64,000 bases of DNA from Bigelowiella natans CCMP2755 (Eukaryota > Protista > Cercozoa). Of this stretch, positions 26,966 to 38,980 are shown piece by piece; position 1 is the stretch's first letter; every line of letters begins with the position of its first letter. Under the pieces are notes generated by a model. The model saw only the letters and a program-made list of their open reading frames with translations. It did not search any database and was not told where the DNA came from. The position numbers were made by a program, and so were the translations under genes. The stretch lies in assembly GCA_000320545.1 (NCBI GenBank), contig ADNK01000421.1, positions 62,001-126,000 on the forward strand, in the 5' to 3' direction.

Positions 26966-28238
26966 ATGTACCTACAGCGAGACACCATGCACCCCTCCTC
27001 CACGTGCCACCATCCCCTCCCCCTCCTCATCCTACTTCTCGTACCCCTCTCCCTCGCCCGCGTGCCACACAATCATGTGACCAGGGCAAACGGAAGGGTA
27101 TCACATCGTCCGCTTTCTGCGCCCATTGGAATGAAGCAACCGAGATTCAATCGAGGATCTCAACAGCGCTTTGAAAGACTGAGCGTCGCTGCTGCTGCTG
27201 GTTCTTCTAGGAGGGGGGAAATTCGAAATCTTCTGGGCCTATTACTAACTGTGGGCACGAGCGCTGCACCTGGCGGGCGTAGCGTAGCGGGTGAGGGTCC
27301 ATTAGACCAGGAACCAGTCGTCTCCAAGTTCACCAAGCTTCCGAGCGGCACACAGATCGCTGACCTGTCCCTTGGTTAAGAGATTAATATCACTTCCTTG
27401 AAACCACATCCAGAGGTAGATATTTAATTTTTCTGATTCCCATATAACTATCAGGGAAAGGCAGTGAGATACAGGAGGGAAGTCGTGTTTTGATCGACTA
27501 CGTCTTCCGCCGTGCAGACGGATACTTCGTAGCATCAACTGAGAATGGCGAACCCTTCGGTTTCACCGTCGGATCTACAGAAGCAATACCTGGGTTAGAC
27601 GAAGGTAAGTCGCACACAGTTTCTATTTTATGGGAATCAACCCGTGTTGTGCTGATAGACTAAAAAACTGTAATTAATGCTAGTGACTGAGACTGATGAA
27701 TAGTAAACTACAAACATACCGATCATAACAATTCTCTGTACACAGGTATTCGCGGAATGAAGCAAGGAGGAACTCGGAGAATTGTTATTCCAATTAAAAA
27801 TAGGTTGCCTGCTGCTTATGCAAGAACATGCCATTTTGAAGAAAACACCTACGTCGTCTACGTAGTTAACATCGTCTGAATTCTAAAAACTGTACGTCAG
27901 TTTTGTATGCGGACTAGGGAAAACATGCCCAGGACCCATTCCAACAGGTGCCTTACTGACGAAACATATTCAAATAGTCTCATCGATGTATAACACAAAT
28001 CAGTACTGTGAACTTGAACTAACTTTAGTTTCGAATTGATTAGATTTCGGCCAAAGACGGCAAATCGAGCGCCAAATGCAACGAAATGACCCGTACGTAC
28101 AAACCCCCCTCCCCTTAGATATTTTCGAAAATCAAATTGTTAGGAATAAGATTGGCACAAGTCTTTGTCAACAAGTACACACATAAATTTAGGTACAACT
28201 ATTTCTTCTTCGAAGTCAGCGCAGTTAGTGTAAAGTGA
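26966..28238 (+). CDS. FKBP-type peptidyl-prolyl isomerase, thylakoid-lumen type, with tripartite presequence
   Basis: FTKLPSGTQIADLSLGKGSEIQEGSRVLIDYVFRRADGYFV..PFGFTVGSTEAIPGLDEGIRGMKQGGTRRIVIP..YFFFEV. Signal LPLLILLLVPLSLA, basic transit region, then SRR..LLGLLLTVG..SVA as a lumen signal. Confidence 0.85.
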
Positions 28239-28349
28239 CATTCAAGCTTTTGAGCGTTAGCAGCATGGCGCTACAATAATGTACATACTCGATCTGTGCA
28301 GAAATATTGATTTTCAGCAGAGCAGAAGCTTGTGTATAGAAGTATATAA

Positions 28350-28700
28350 TACGTATGCCACGTTGACTAGTGCGTGCTTGTGCTAATTTAGCATAGCCAC
28401 AAATATCATAAACATTTAATTACTTTGCACTAAGGCATGTTACACAGAGCGCGCGCGCATATAGACCTGCCCATAGGATATGACGCAATCATATGTACAC
28501 CATAGTCTCTGTACTCTGTACATGCATGCCAGCTAGCGAGGATCGACACTTACATACACCCATCGCGTTCGATCAACCATGATGCGGCCTTGCTAGCTTG
28601 CATGTTCACAATGACAGCGCATGATTCAGCTACCGCTATATGCTAGCGCGTCGTCAGGGCAATCAGGCTACGGCACCGCCGTATATACGTAATAATATTT
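28350..28700. repeat. Palindrome-rich block 4 at a convergent junction (weaker)
   Basis: catgcatgccagctagc, tgctagcttgcatg, tgctagcgcg, gcgcgcgcat words. Confidence 0.6.
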
Positions 28701-28902
28701 CCTGGCTATATGATGAGGCTCACAATGTTGCGACTTTGCGCGATTATCTGCAAGTGATTTTAAAACTGCTGTCGGATCGGAGCAGTGTCTACATTGCCCA
28801 TACGCATAGCATTTGCATTCCTGTAATGATATTTTGGTACATATGCCAACAAAAATGGTTTGTTTCTATCTAAGACATCCACGCTCATCCGTCTTAATCT
28901 GA

Positions 28903-29498
28903 TCAACCCATCAGATTTCCCATCGCTGTTAGGCCTGCTGCACCAGCATCTGCTTGGCAAAACCCGACATTCCAGCACATGTTATCGACGGTTTCTCCCT
29001 CCAGATAATCCTTGATCATACCGTACAAACTCCCCCTCATTGTTTCAGCCTGCAGTGCAAACAGACAAATCGTTTTACAAAAATTATCGTTGTCTAACCA
29101 AGATATAGCAACGTTGGTGATGATGAGTTTTGTGCCCTGCGGTTCATCTTGAGGCGTCCTTTGAACAGATATCTTTGTTTTTAACTCTCGACCGATTTTT
29201 CGTTTCGAAACATTTCTTCACAGTGTTGTAGCATCATCATCATAAGGACATATTCTAACAACCAACCGTTGAGTATAAGATGGAGGTCTGCTCTGCTTCA
29301 TTCATTACGTCGCGGAAAGCGTAATAGACATCCTATGGAAGTCATTTTGGTTTATGCAATACATCGTGAAGTAACGATATCGATCAAGACACAAGAGAGC
29401 AACATTGATAATATCGATAGACTTCTCCACGCGAAACGTTCAATGCGAGTCAATGGCCAGTGTGTTGTATAGCCCAGAATGATGAATTATGTTTTATA

Positions 29499-29546
<48 letters not shown>

Positions 29547-29759
29547 TGTATTTGTATGTATGAAGTTGTTGCAATAATACGTATCATCAAAAGGGTGAGA
29601 CTGAATAACACACAACCTCTTCCATCTGTGTATTTCCTATCTTCGCTTCGATTTGATGCCAGAGCAGTTGACACCCGCAACAGTCTTTGTGATGGAGATA
29701 TATAGACAACAAATAACGGCGGAGAAGACGACAAGGATAAGACGCATAAATCAGTCTGA

Positions 29760-29812
<53 letters not shown>

Positions 29813-31246
29813 TCAATGTTCCTTAACTGGGCGCCATTTAGTCTCATTGAGGAGGCTCTATGATGCTGTAGGAAAAACACGAACACATCGCGCAGCACAA
29901 AAACACACATCTTTGTTATAATTTTAATGAATAGCAGTAACTATTAGATAGCATAATCTTTTCACACTCAGCTCTATACATGCATAAGTAAAAATAGAAG
30001 TGGTAGTAGTATTTGTAGTAAAATGCAACACCGGAAATTGAGAAGAAATATCACTGTGAGTCTTTCCGTGATGGGTATGATGGCGGCCATGATGATGACG
30101 GTGATGGCGGTGATGGCGGTGATGGCGATGATGGAGACTGCTTTCGCTCGAAAGAGACCCTTCATCAGCAGTCACAGCGGAGGAAGAAGAAGAAGTTGAA
30201 GCTGAAGAACCAGAGGAAGAGGAAGAACCGCCATGCTGTTGATGATGGTGATGGTGACGACTCTTGCTGCGGTGACTACGTTTGTTGCTGCTGCGAGAAC
30301 GATTGTGCTTTATTGAGGATGATGTGCCTATCCTTCTCCTTGTCTTCGATGTCCTTGCTGCCATATTCTGCCCTACTACGTTCATCGAAGCATCTTCTTT
30401 CATTCCGCTAGATGAGTAAGCAGCGACCTCCAGCAGACTGAAGTTTTTATTGAATAATATATTTACCGTATCACTGGGAAAATTTGATGAATGATGTATT
30501 TACTATATAATTAAAAGAGTGTGATAATTCCAAAAATTCTTACGTTGAATGCACATCATCGAGCGCCCCTCTTTCACGAATCCCTCCCCCTCTTTCATCA
30601 GAATCAACGGAAAAGCTACTGGCAGTGTTGGCATCGTTATTAGCGACAGCCATGTTGTTGTCTTGATGCGGTAGTTTGATGACATTGCCTGGATCTTTCT
30701 CCGCTATTATTATTTCAAGTGAACAAACAACACATCACCTTTTGTTGTGCATACTAACAATAGAATTGGATATTTTCACCGTTCTTGAACGATATTAGGG
30801 GAGGAAGATATTGTCTACTTTCAATTTTCGTAAGATTTAATATTCACTCTGTGTCCTCAACGACATGTCCCCCCCCTTATTGCTTTCAATCCCGTCGTCG
30901 ATTCCCTCACCGTTTAAGGGTTCTCCTTCCTTTCGTCCCCCAGGGAAGGTATCATCGACTTGAATGAAAATGGAAGGAGGTAGCTCTGGCAATGATCTAT
31001 AAATAGTTATTATTTATTTTTTAAACTTGTTCTTGATGTAGGCAGGCATTACTAGTTGATGTTCTGTATAAATAACAAAAAAAAGGAGGAAGCTAGCATG
31101 TAATTCCTCTCCATTGCGTTTTTTTAAAAGAGATGTTCAGACCCAAAGAAGTCCTTTTCCGAGATTATGCTTTCAATCTTCTGAATGCTTAACTGGTATA
31201 CAATATTTCAAATTAACTTATATTAACATTATACAAAATACATATT

Positions 31247-31280
<34 letters not shown>

Positions 31281-31943
31281 CCTGAAGTCTGAACCTTATA
31301 CTCTGAACGACAGTCTCCCCCTACTCACTCTGCTATCTACATGCTGACATGTCAGCCTACCTTCTCTTTGCCAAGAGATGTCAATTCTGATGTATTCGAT
31401 TTCTTTTCATTACTATGCTCTGCTACAACAAAAGGAAGAATAGAATCCATTTTTTTGTATCAAATTACCGAGGTGAGACCAATTAAACAAGTTATCATGT
31501 TTCTTTCTAAGCCACACCTTTTTGACTCTTGGTAAAGTAGCGTGCGACAGATTTGAATTTTGGGCTCAGCCAGTTCAATCGATCCGCGGCAATCTTATGT
31601 ATAGTGTATATAATAACACTTTGCTCACATATGCATGTGTTTTTTCCCTCCAGATACGTGTTAAGGCATTTACCGAAGAACAAGATTTTTAGAAGGAAAC
31701 ACATTCAGAGAAGTGAAAAACAATTGTTACTTTCGATTCCAAGGATGAGAGATCCTGCAGAGCGGAATGTATTGCATTTTCTTTCCCTACTCCTCCCGTT
31801 GAATGGCTTGGACGCAAATCCGCTACGGTAGCGTTTGAGCCCTGTACCTGCGAAGTCACCAAGGTGGCCTCTCCACCACTCGCAAGTGAAATCCATATCA
31901 CCGTAAAAAGAAATCGAAAGTTCATGTTCCACCCCCCCATCAT
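28903..31943 (-). CDS. Secreted protein with a His-rich tract and a C-terminal saposin-B-like domain (multi-exon)
   Basis: Signal MNFRFLFTVIWISLASGGEA. An in-frame GT-AG path runs through exons near 31190, 30990, 30700 and 30470 (FSLLEV). His tract HHRHHRHHRHHRHHHGRHHTHH. C-terminus DCCGCQLLWHQIEAKIG..MIKDYLEGETVDNMCWNVGFC..G*. Confidence 0.6.
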
Positions 31944-32366
31944 CCAGCTCCTCTCTTCCTGCTCACAAGCCAGGCTCGCAAAGAAGGGCAGCCATGCAGC
32001 GTTTGAGGTTTGAAAAATTCAAATTATTGTCGAATATACAGACGATTTTTGTCTTACGACATGATTCACTGACGTATTCTATTGTCGAAGGCCAATCTCA
32101 TTGGGCTTTTGAGGAGTTGGGAAGTGTTTGGCCGAGAAGGAATTCAATTACCTGTATTAAAGAATGCCATTTTTACTACGCGACATGGATTCGTGCTTAA
32201 AAACAAGATAAATCGTAGCAAATAAAGGTCAAACAGTACATTTCGTTGATAGAATCTTTATCCTCCTCCTGTGTTCAGAAGCGAACGAACTACTCGGCGC
32301 TAAGAAAGGGGGGAAGGAAGGGGGTTGCCGATTACAAGCAAGCCTTGAAATTGGAAGCCGAAAACC

Positions 32367-33953
32367 ATGCAGTACGACACCGAGGATCCCAGCATCATGG
32401 CTCATAAGGCCATCACCACGTTGGTTTGGTCGCTTTCAGTGATTTCTTTGATTGTGGGGACATATTTAGTTACAAAGCAGCGTACCCACATCGTTGTTAG
32501 GACTAGAGGTTATTTATCAATTATCATCACGTCGGTTATCATGGCCGTATGGACAGCAATTCAATTGACGCGGATCTGGGAGTGGTTAGTTTCATGCTTT
32601 GCTATATTTCTCCTCGTACAGGTCGTGATCGCGGTAGTTTCATGTGTAATATTTTACCGTACATATGAAATCCTGCACAAACTTGCGATGCAGCAGAAGG
32701 CTCAGCACTTGATGATGATAATTGCAAAAACCAAACACGGCGATGATGTCGAAGAAGCTGTCGCTGCTGGTGCAGAAGAAATGGAAGAAACTTGGTGTCT
32801 CCGCCACATCGATCTTCTCCGTGGAAGGAATCGTTCAATCTATACTGTACTTCAGTTTATTTTGATCGTCGCTGCTTTCTTCGCCAATCCAAGCTCATAT
32901 CAGTTTGGAGCCGATCCCAGTTGCTCGGTGAACAGTTCTCTGTACACGGGAATCTTTCTTGTAGTCTTGTACCTCTTCGTGGCTTCAAGTTTCCGCTTTC
33001 TCGATGTTCAAGACAGCTTCCACATGATCGAAGAGATTTCATACTGTGCTGTTGGGATAGTGATATCGTTCATTTTGCTCGCCATCATTGCTGCAATAGA
33101 TGCTGGGACCGATTTGTCGGGGCAGACGGTGCGAGATCTTCAAGTAGACGTGGCAATAATCCAGCAACTTACTGTCGTTATTTCCATTGTCCTCATGCCT
33201 GCTCTGTGGGCACATGAGAAGGAAGATGAGGGCTCCTCTAAGCGCCTCAAGCCTGATCTTGTGATAGTCCTGGCGCACAAGGAAAGTTTAGAGTTGTTCA
33301 AAGCCCATCTTATCAAAGAATGGTCAGTGGAGAATCTTCTATTCTATCAAGATGTCACGACCCTCCAGATCCAGCGCCGTGAGAGAGGTGCAGAGAGGAC
33401 CCTTATAAAAATCAAGGATCTCTACGAGAAGTACATCAGCAGTGACGCGCCATTTGAAGTGAATCTCAGTGGCCCCGTCTCTCAGCCTATCCACAAGTTC
33501 TTCAAGAAGGAGATGGTTGCAAAAGCTCTCGAAATCTACAGAAGCAGCCAAGGCTCTCGCAGGCATAAATCAGAAACCGCTGATTTCCTCGGGATTGTAA
33601 AAAAAATGGCCCTTACCGCTGCGAAGGGATCTGACGAAAAGGAGCAGCAGCATCACTCGAGTATGCAGCTAGTGTCCTTAGCAGACGAATGCTTGCAGCA
33701 TTTTGATCTAGCGAAGAAGGAAATCTTCAGGCTCCTGAACAACGATTCCTATAAGAGGTTTGTTGCCGACGAAGCAACTCAGCGGCACTTCCGCGAGTAC
33801 AAGACAATGCTATTCCCCGAAAAGAAAACAAGGATCAATAAAGCACAATCAAGTTTGCAGCGCAGCCGGCATGATGTAACAAAAACAGAGGGAAAACACG
33901 CAGTGGAAGTAGAAATTAGTAGTATAAAAGTTCACAGGCTGGAAAGACACTGA
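32367..33953 (+). CDS. 7TM-RGS protein (regulator of G-protein signalling with an N-terminal multi-pass membrane domain), intronless
   Basis: About seven hydrophobic segments, then RGS motifs LELFKAHLIKEWSVENLLFY, LYEKYISSDAPFEVNLS and FDLAKKEIFRLLNNDSYKRF. Confidence 0.9.
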   Translation: MQYDTEDPSIMAHKAITTLVWSLSVISLIVGTYLVTKQRTHIVVRTRGYLSIIITSVIMAVWTAIQLTRIWEWLVSCFAIFLLVQVVIAVVSCVIFYRTYEILHKLAMQQKAQHLMMIIAKTKHGDDVEEAVAAGAEEMEETWCLRHIDLLRGRNRSIYTVLQFILIVAAFFANPSSYQFGADPSCSVNSSLYTGIFLVVLYLFVASSFRFLDVQDSFHMIEEISYCAVGIVISFILLAIIAAIDAGTDLSGQTVRDLQVDVAIIQQLTVVISIVLMPALWAHEKEDEGSSKRLKPDLVIVLAHKESLELFKAHLIKEWSVENLLFYQDVTTLQIQRRERGAERTLIKIKDLYEKYISSDAPFEVNLSGPVSQPIHKFFKKEMVAKALEIYRSSQGSRRHKSETADFLGIVKKMALTAAKGSDEKEQQHHSSMQLVSLADECLQHFDLAKKEIFRLLNNDSYKRFVADEATQRHFREYKTMLFPEKKTRINKAQSSLQRSRHDVTKTEGKHAVEVEISSIKVHRLERH

Positions 33954-34132
33954 ACAGACACTGTCACATCAAATACAGTCAATACTCAAGAATATGTTCA
34001 TTTCTGGATTGGATAATGTTAATATAAGTTTCTTCAGATTCTCGCTTTTTTTTTTCCCCCGTTTATTCTCTATTCAGTGTCCTGTCTCCATTCTGTGTAG
34101 ACTAATAGACGACGTGTATAGCAGATACTATG

Positions 34133-34200
34133 TCTATAAGACGGATGTAATCAATTAACTTAAATTTGCTCAATAGCTACGTCTATTACTACGCTAAAAA
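34133..34200 (-). mobile_element. Degenerate 3' end of the same LINE family
   Basis: Reverse complement reads gctattgagcaaatttaagttaattgattacatccgtcttata, matching the attgaaacaatttaa..ttacatccgtctcata tail. Confidence 0.6.
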
Positions 34201-34379
34201 TTACTCTGCATGTGTCATTCCTCCTGTTGTGACTATCATCCTCAACAACGATACCATATGCGAATAATTGTCTTTTTACTATTTCTCAAGATTAAATTAA
34301 TGTAATTAAAGTATGACATTGTGTAAGTAGCACTAGGGTACCAATGCGCAATTCAAAAAACTGGCTGAAATTGAACACA

Positions 34380-34730
34380 TGCTTGCGCTTATTTTCGCCT
34401 AGTTACGTTGTTATGTTGTGGTGCCATGCTACCGCCGCCATGTGCATGCACGTACGTGACAAAATTGTGGCACATGTAGCTACATGTGCTGTGCTAACCC
34501 TGGTAGGCGCACGCGCACACATCATTTCCTTGACCACATTTTGCATCTTGCTACGATTCACATGCAGGTTGCACAGCCAGCAATAACGCAGCGCACAGTT
34601 ATCACTGCATAGTAGTCCAGCACATATATAGTGCATTTTACTTGATGTTTGCACCATTCTCACAACAAATCATTCAGCGCGAGGCTCTCTAGCTCTCGCT
34701 GCAAGTGCTAAAAATCATGCCGTACGTACT
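34380..34730. repeat. Palindrome-rich block 5 at a convergent junction (few CTAG; CATG/TGCA-rich)
   Basis: catgtgcatgcacgtacgtg, acatgtagctacatgt, ctctagctc words. Confidence 0.55.
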
Positions 34731-34799
34731 CGAATTGTTAGGGAATGAACATCGTTTTCATAAAACTGTCTCCTACCCCCCCTCAAAGGCAAGCACTCA

Positions 34800-36867
34800 A
34801 TATTATTTGGGGAAACCTAATTTTTGTAACAGGAATACTTCTATAATCCTACTGCTTTTAGGTCTTGTGAGCTCACCTTCATTCCATTCTTCAATTGGCT
34901 AGTTAGATCTTCGATTTTTTTGGATAACTGTAAAACAGGATCAATTTTTTACTAGTTGTGCATACCACAAACGAAAAAATATAGACACCTCTGACATTTC
35001 AACGTCTCCCCCCCCCACCCCCCTCTCTTTCTCTCTCCACATGTGTGCTGTGCGAGTGTTATGCAGATAATAAAAAAATTTTGCCCGTAATTGATTCTAA
35101 CACGTTTAGTAAGTGGGGAAAATTGTATTGTGATGGATCAACAACGTACTTGCGCCTCTTTTTCTTCCAGGCTCTTCTGCATTCTTTCTTGGATGGTGTC
35201 AATCTTTATCTTCAATTGAGTGGCAACCTTTGCTGATTTTGCTTTACTCTAATAAAAAGTAATGAATTTTAGGCTTTGTGTCACATTCTCCATGTAATGA
35301 ATAGGAATCGCAGTTTTACTTCGATTAATTTTGTAATGCTCTTAAAAGTGTCCTTCTTCAGCTCACTTTCCACCTCTTCAGCTGTCTGCATAAATTATGT
35401 ACACGCCAATGAATTTTCAAAAGGAGCAAAGTTTATTCCTTTTCCTGTGATCTGAAGCCCACGCAAAAATTAGCATCTCTGTGGAATGTTTGTGGACCTT
35501 TTCCTCAGCGCGATCTAGGTTATAATTTTCCTCGGCGTCCTCGAAATTTAAGCGAAAATGCACCGTTTTTTTATCCTGATGAAAATCCTGAAAACGCAAC
35601 AGTCAACAAATGTGATGTTTTGAAATCTCAATGAAGCTATTGCATACTTAAAGGTATTTGCGCATGCGTCCGTGTTACACAGGTGATAGCAAACATATTT
35701 GTTCCCTCGTGTTAACCAAGCTGAATGTTCGGATTACCATACCTCGGAAAAAGCGGCTTTGAGGAGCGAAAAATGGGAGAACAAATGCTGCTTTGTATAA
35801 TCGATTATATTCCTTTTTTGCGTGGGTGTGAAGACATCAGGCGCTTTCCTCTCCTAAACAATATTTTAAGTAAATGTTACTGAAACCAAATACGTCCATA
35901 TTTATATGTCGTGTAGAAAAAGTCACTTTCAAAATTTTACTCTACGGTAGAATTACATATGCACGAAATATAATTTATAATCTCCCAACAGGTACCTTCG
36001 CGTCATTGGATTTTGGATCAATTAGTATGCTTTTTAGATGTTGCATCGCTTGCTCAACTGTAGATTTAGGTTCTGATATTTCATTGCAGGGGGGGGTGGA
36101 GAGAACTTAAGAACGAAGGAGCTCGTTGATGGTGAATTCAATAAGATATTGCATTCTTCGTATCTTCTTGTCATCTACGAAGGAAATATACCTTCTATTA
36201 TTCCTTTGAGCTGCATAATAAGCTCATAGAATATCTTGGTTTGCTCTTGGGAGAATTTGAGATCCCTTGATGCACTGCCATTTAGATAGATAGATACCCA
36301 TTATTTTCAGCATATTGTAATTCAATGCATTTACTTAAAAATCATTGTCTAGTGAGTCGCATCACTAATTGTCGCTTAGTACCATAATGTCAGAAAGCTG
36401 AAGTCTACGACGAGAGAGTCACGGCATACCCCTGGCCCATCCGCTAGACCGAATATCTCAGATGATTTCTTTCTTTGTGTAGCAGTCTCATTTTCTTTCC
36501 AGATCTCTGCCAGTCGATCCTGTGTTATAAACAATTAGAACACGAAGATTACTACGGGTTAGAAGAAGCTGAAATTTTAAATTTATTAGTCCATTACGAA
36601 AGTGTCTGTTTTGGGTGCTTTCTCTTCAACTTCCCCAGCGTCATCTACTCACAGAAGCAAATATTGAAGGTGTAAATTGGGAGGACGTTTTCTATCAAGT
36701 GCTAATTATTATGTTTTCTGCCGTCCTCCACAATCAAACGTTCGCGCAAATACAGAAGGTAATAATAGCCACTACTTGACCGCGAGTCAGTGTCCCTGCA
36801 CCCTAATGCTTCTTTCTAAGACAAGGGCAACGAGCCCATAGGACAAAACCCATCGCGTACCTGCCAT
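34800..36867 (-). CDS. CLAMP / flagellar C1a-32 (CFAP119/CCDC189-like) family protein (multi-exon; 3' end approximate)
   Basis: ATG GCA G|gtacg start. LKFSQEQTKIFYELI and VFTPTQKRNIIDYTKQHLFSHFSLLKAAF resemble the CLAMP core. C-terminal coiled coil. Confidence 0.55.
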
Positions 36868-37413
36868 TTCGGACGTTTCAGTACTAAGAAAAAAATCAGC
36901 GATATTTACAACATTTTGTTGTCGCAGACGGAAAATACGTTCCTTTCAATAGCCGCAAAAATAAGGCATAAGTTGGACTCCGACTTCCGGTTTTTGGATT
37001 CCGGATGGTGTACTCGTAGTTACAAACCCCCCTATGTTTCTTTTGGTAGATAGTAGGGGAATAATAAAAAATCTGAGTCAAAGAGGTTCAAAACGGCATC
37101 CGTTTAATGTTAACAATAGGCCCATATTTGTTGTCGTAATAGTAAAATGCACTGGCCAAGAAGTTGCACTATCCGATCTGCCACGCGACCTCCATTCCAT
37201 TAACGATCGTTGTCCCTGCTTCACTGCAGGGATAATGACTTGTAAACGGACCTTACGCCCTATATCTTTGATAGATCTATCCCAGAGAAGTATATAGCAT
37301 CCATACTTATGCAAGGTGAGGGAGAAATGAAGACTCTTTTCTTTTGGTTTCGGGCCTCCTAATCTCTTTTTTGAAAAATTGCTTTTGGTTCTATTTCTCT
37401 TCTCACAGCTTTC

Positions 37414-38290
37414 ATGGAGAAGGTTGGTGGAAATGAAGTTGAAGCAACCGTATCGGAAAACTGTGCCTCGGGATGCGAATATGTTACGAGTGTTGTCAAA
37501 GTGGCCTCATACAAGGATCGTGAAGTGTCTTTCTGCGTCGAAGAGAGATACAAAGTTGATGAACTTATAGGTACTAATGCAAATGAAGATCTGACCCAAC
37601 GCAACCCTTCCACGTTCCTACTGAAATGAAGTATACCTTAAAAAAGCCCGACCATTGATGATTCCCATGGTTGGATTTAAAGGAGGTTTAATGTTGTTAT
37701 CTTAGGTACGGGGTCATACGGGTTCGTGTGCTCAGCAATTGATCTAGCGACACACAAGGTTTGGTGCAAGTGGCGACCGCCACTCGACTCTAGTTATCAG
37801 TATTGTTTAATAGTTATGCTTCTTCTTGTTCTGGTTCTTCTTGTTCTTCTTCTTGCGAATGAATTCACATTGTGCCCTGCGACAACTGTGTAGTCCGTTG
37901 CAATCAAGAAGATCACCCCGATTGATCATACGGTGTTGCTGCAGAGAGCGCTACGAGAATTGGTAGTGCATATGTATTGCTGCATCCCTTCATTTCACAG
38001 CGATGATACCCACCATTTATTAGTTGAAATAGTAGTTCATAGACCATACATATAGGCCCTCACCAATATAATCATTATCATCATCATTCATTATCAACAA
38101 TAAGGTATTCCTTCGAATGCTCTCACATCCCAACGTCGTCTCTTGCCAACGAGTCATGCGTCCTAAGGTAATTGGGTGGGGGAAAGGAAATATTCATGGC
38201 TGAAAACGGCACATTCGATGCTAAAATGCTAACAACTGTGAAATTGTCGCATGTTCAGGATTCGATAGGACATGCATCCATCCTTTTTAC

Positions 38291-38341
<51 letters not shown>

Positions 38342-38938
38342 TATATTCATTTATATTTGAATCAGAATGGGATTAGATTCGAGGCTCTGTATTGTATCAT
38401 GGAGAGGATGGTAACAGTCTGCTTTTGATAGAAGAAAACAACAAAGAAAAGAAATTTATCATTACATACAAAAACTAATAACATGATCGATCTTATTCTT
38501 CGATATCGTGAGCAGCTGTTGCGTAACCGTTTCGTGAAAAAATGACACAGTTGTTTCACATAAATTCCATCCGAGTCGCTTATGTATAGTCCTCCTCCTT
38601 TTTACTGGATCTTTCTCACACATAATATTTCTAAGAAACAATTCTTGCTTAATATTGTTTTTTTATAAAACCATCCACATGCACATCATTTGATGCATGG
38701 TAGGAAGTCGATCTGTGCACCGTTTTAAGATCCAACCAGCCGCTCTCCGAACAGCATTGCAGCTACTTTGTTTACCAGGTGCTGCTCTTTCTGTCTATCC
38801 TGCTTTCTGCTATGGGGCTGCTTTAGAAGCTGACCCTCTTGCCAACACTACTACTATCACTAACTATCACTGCTACTACCACTACAACTACTATTTCAAC
38901 TTCATATACTGCTAGTGTTGATGATGATCGAAATATAC

Positions 38939-38980
<42 letters not shown>

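Noticed and set aside
31124-31943. A separate small secreted-protein gene ending at the TAA at 31124
   Set aside because: A GT donor just upstream gives an in-frame path into the 30990, 30700 and 30470 exons, so one larger gene is more parsimonious (unconfirmed).
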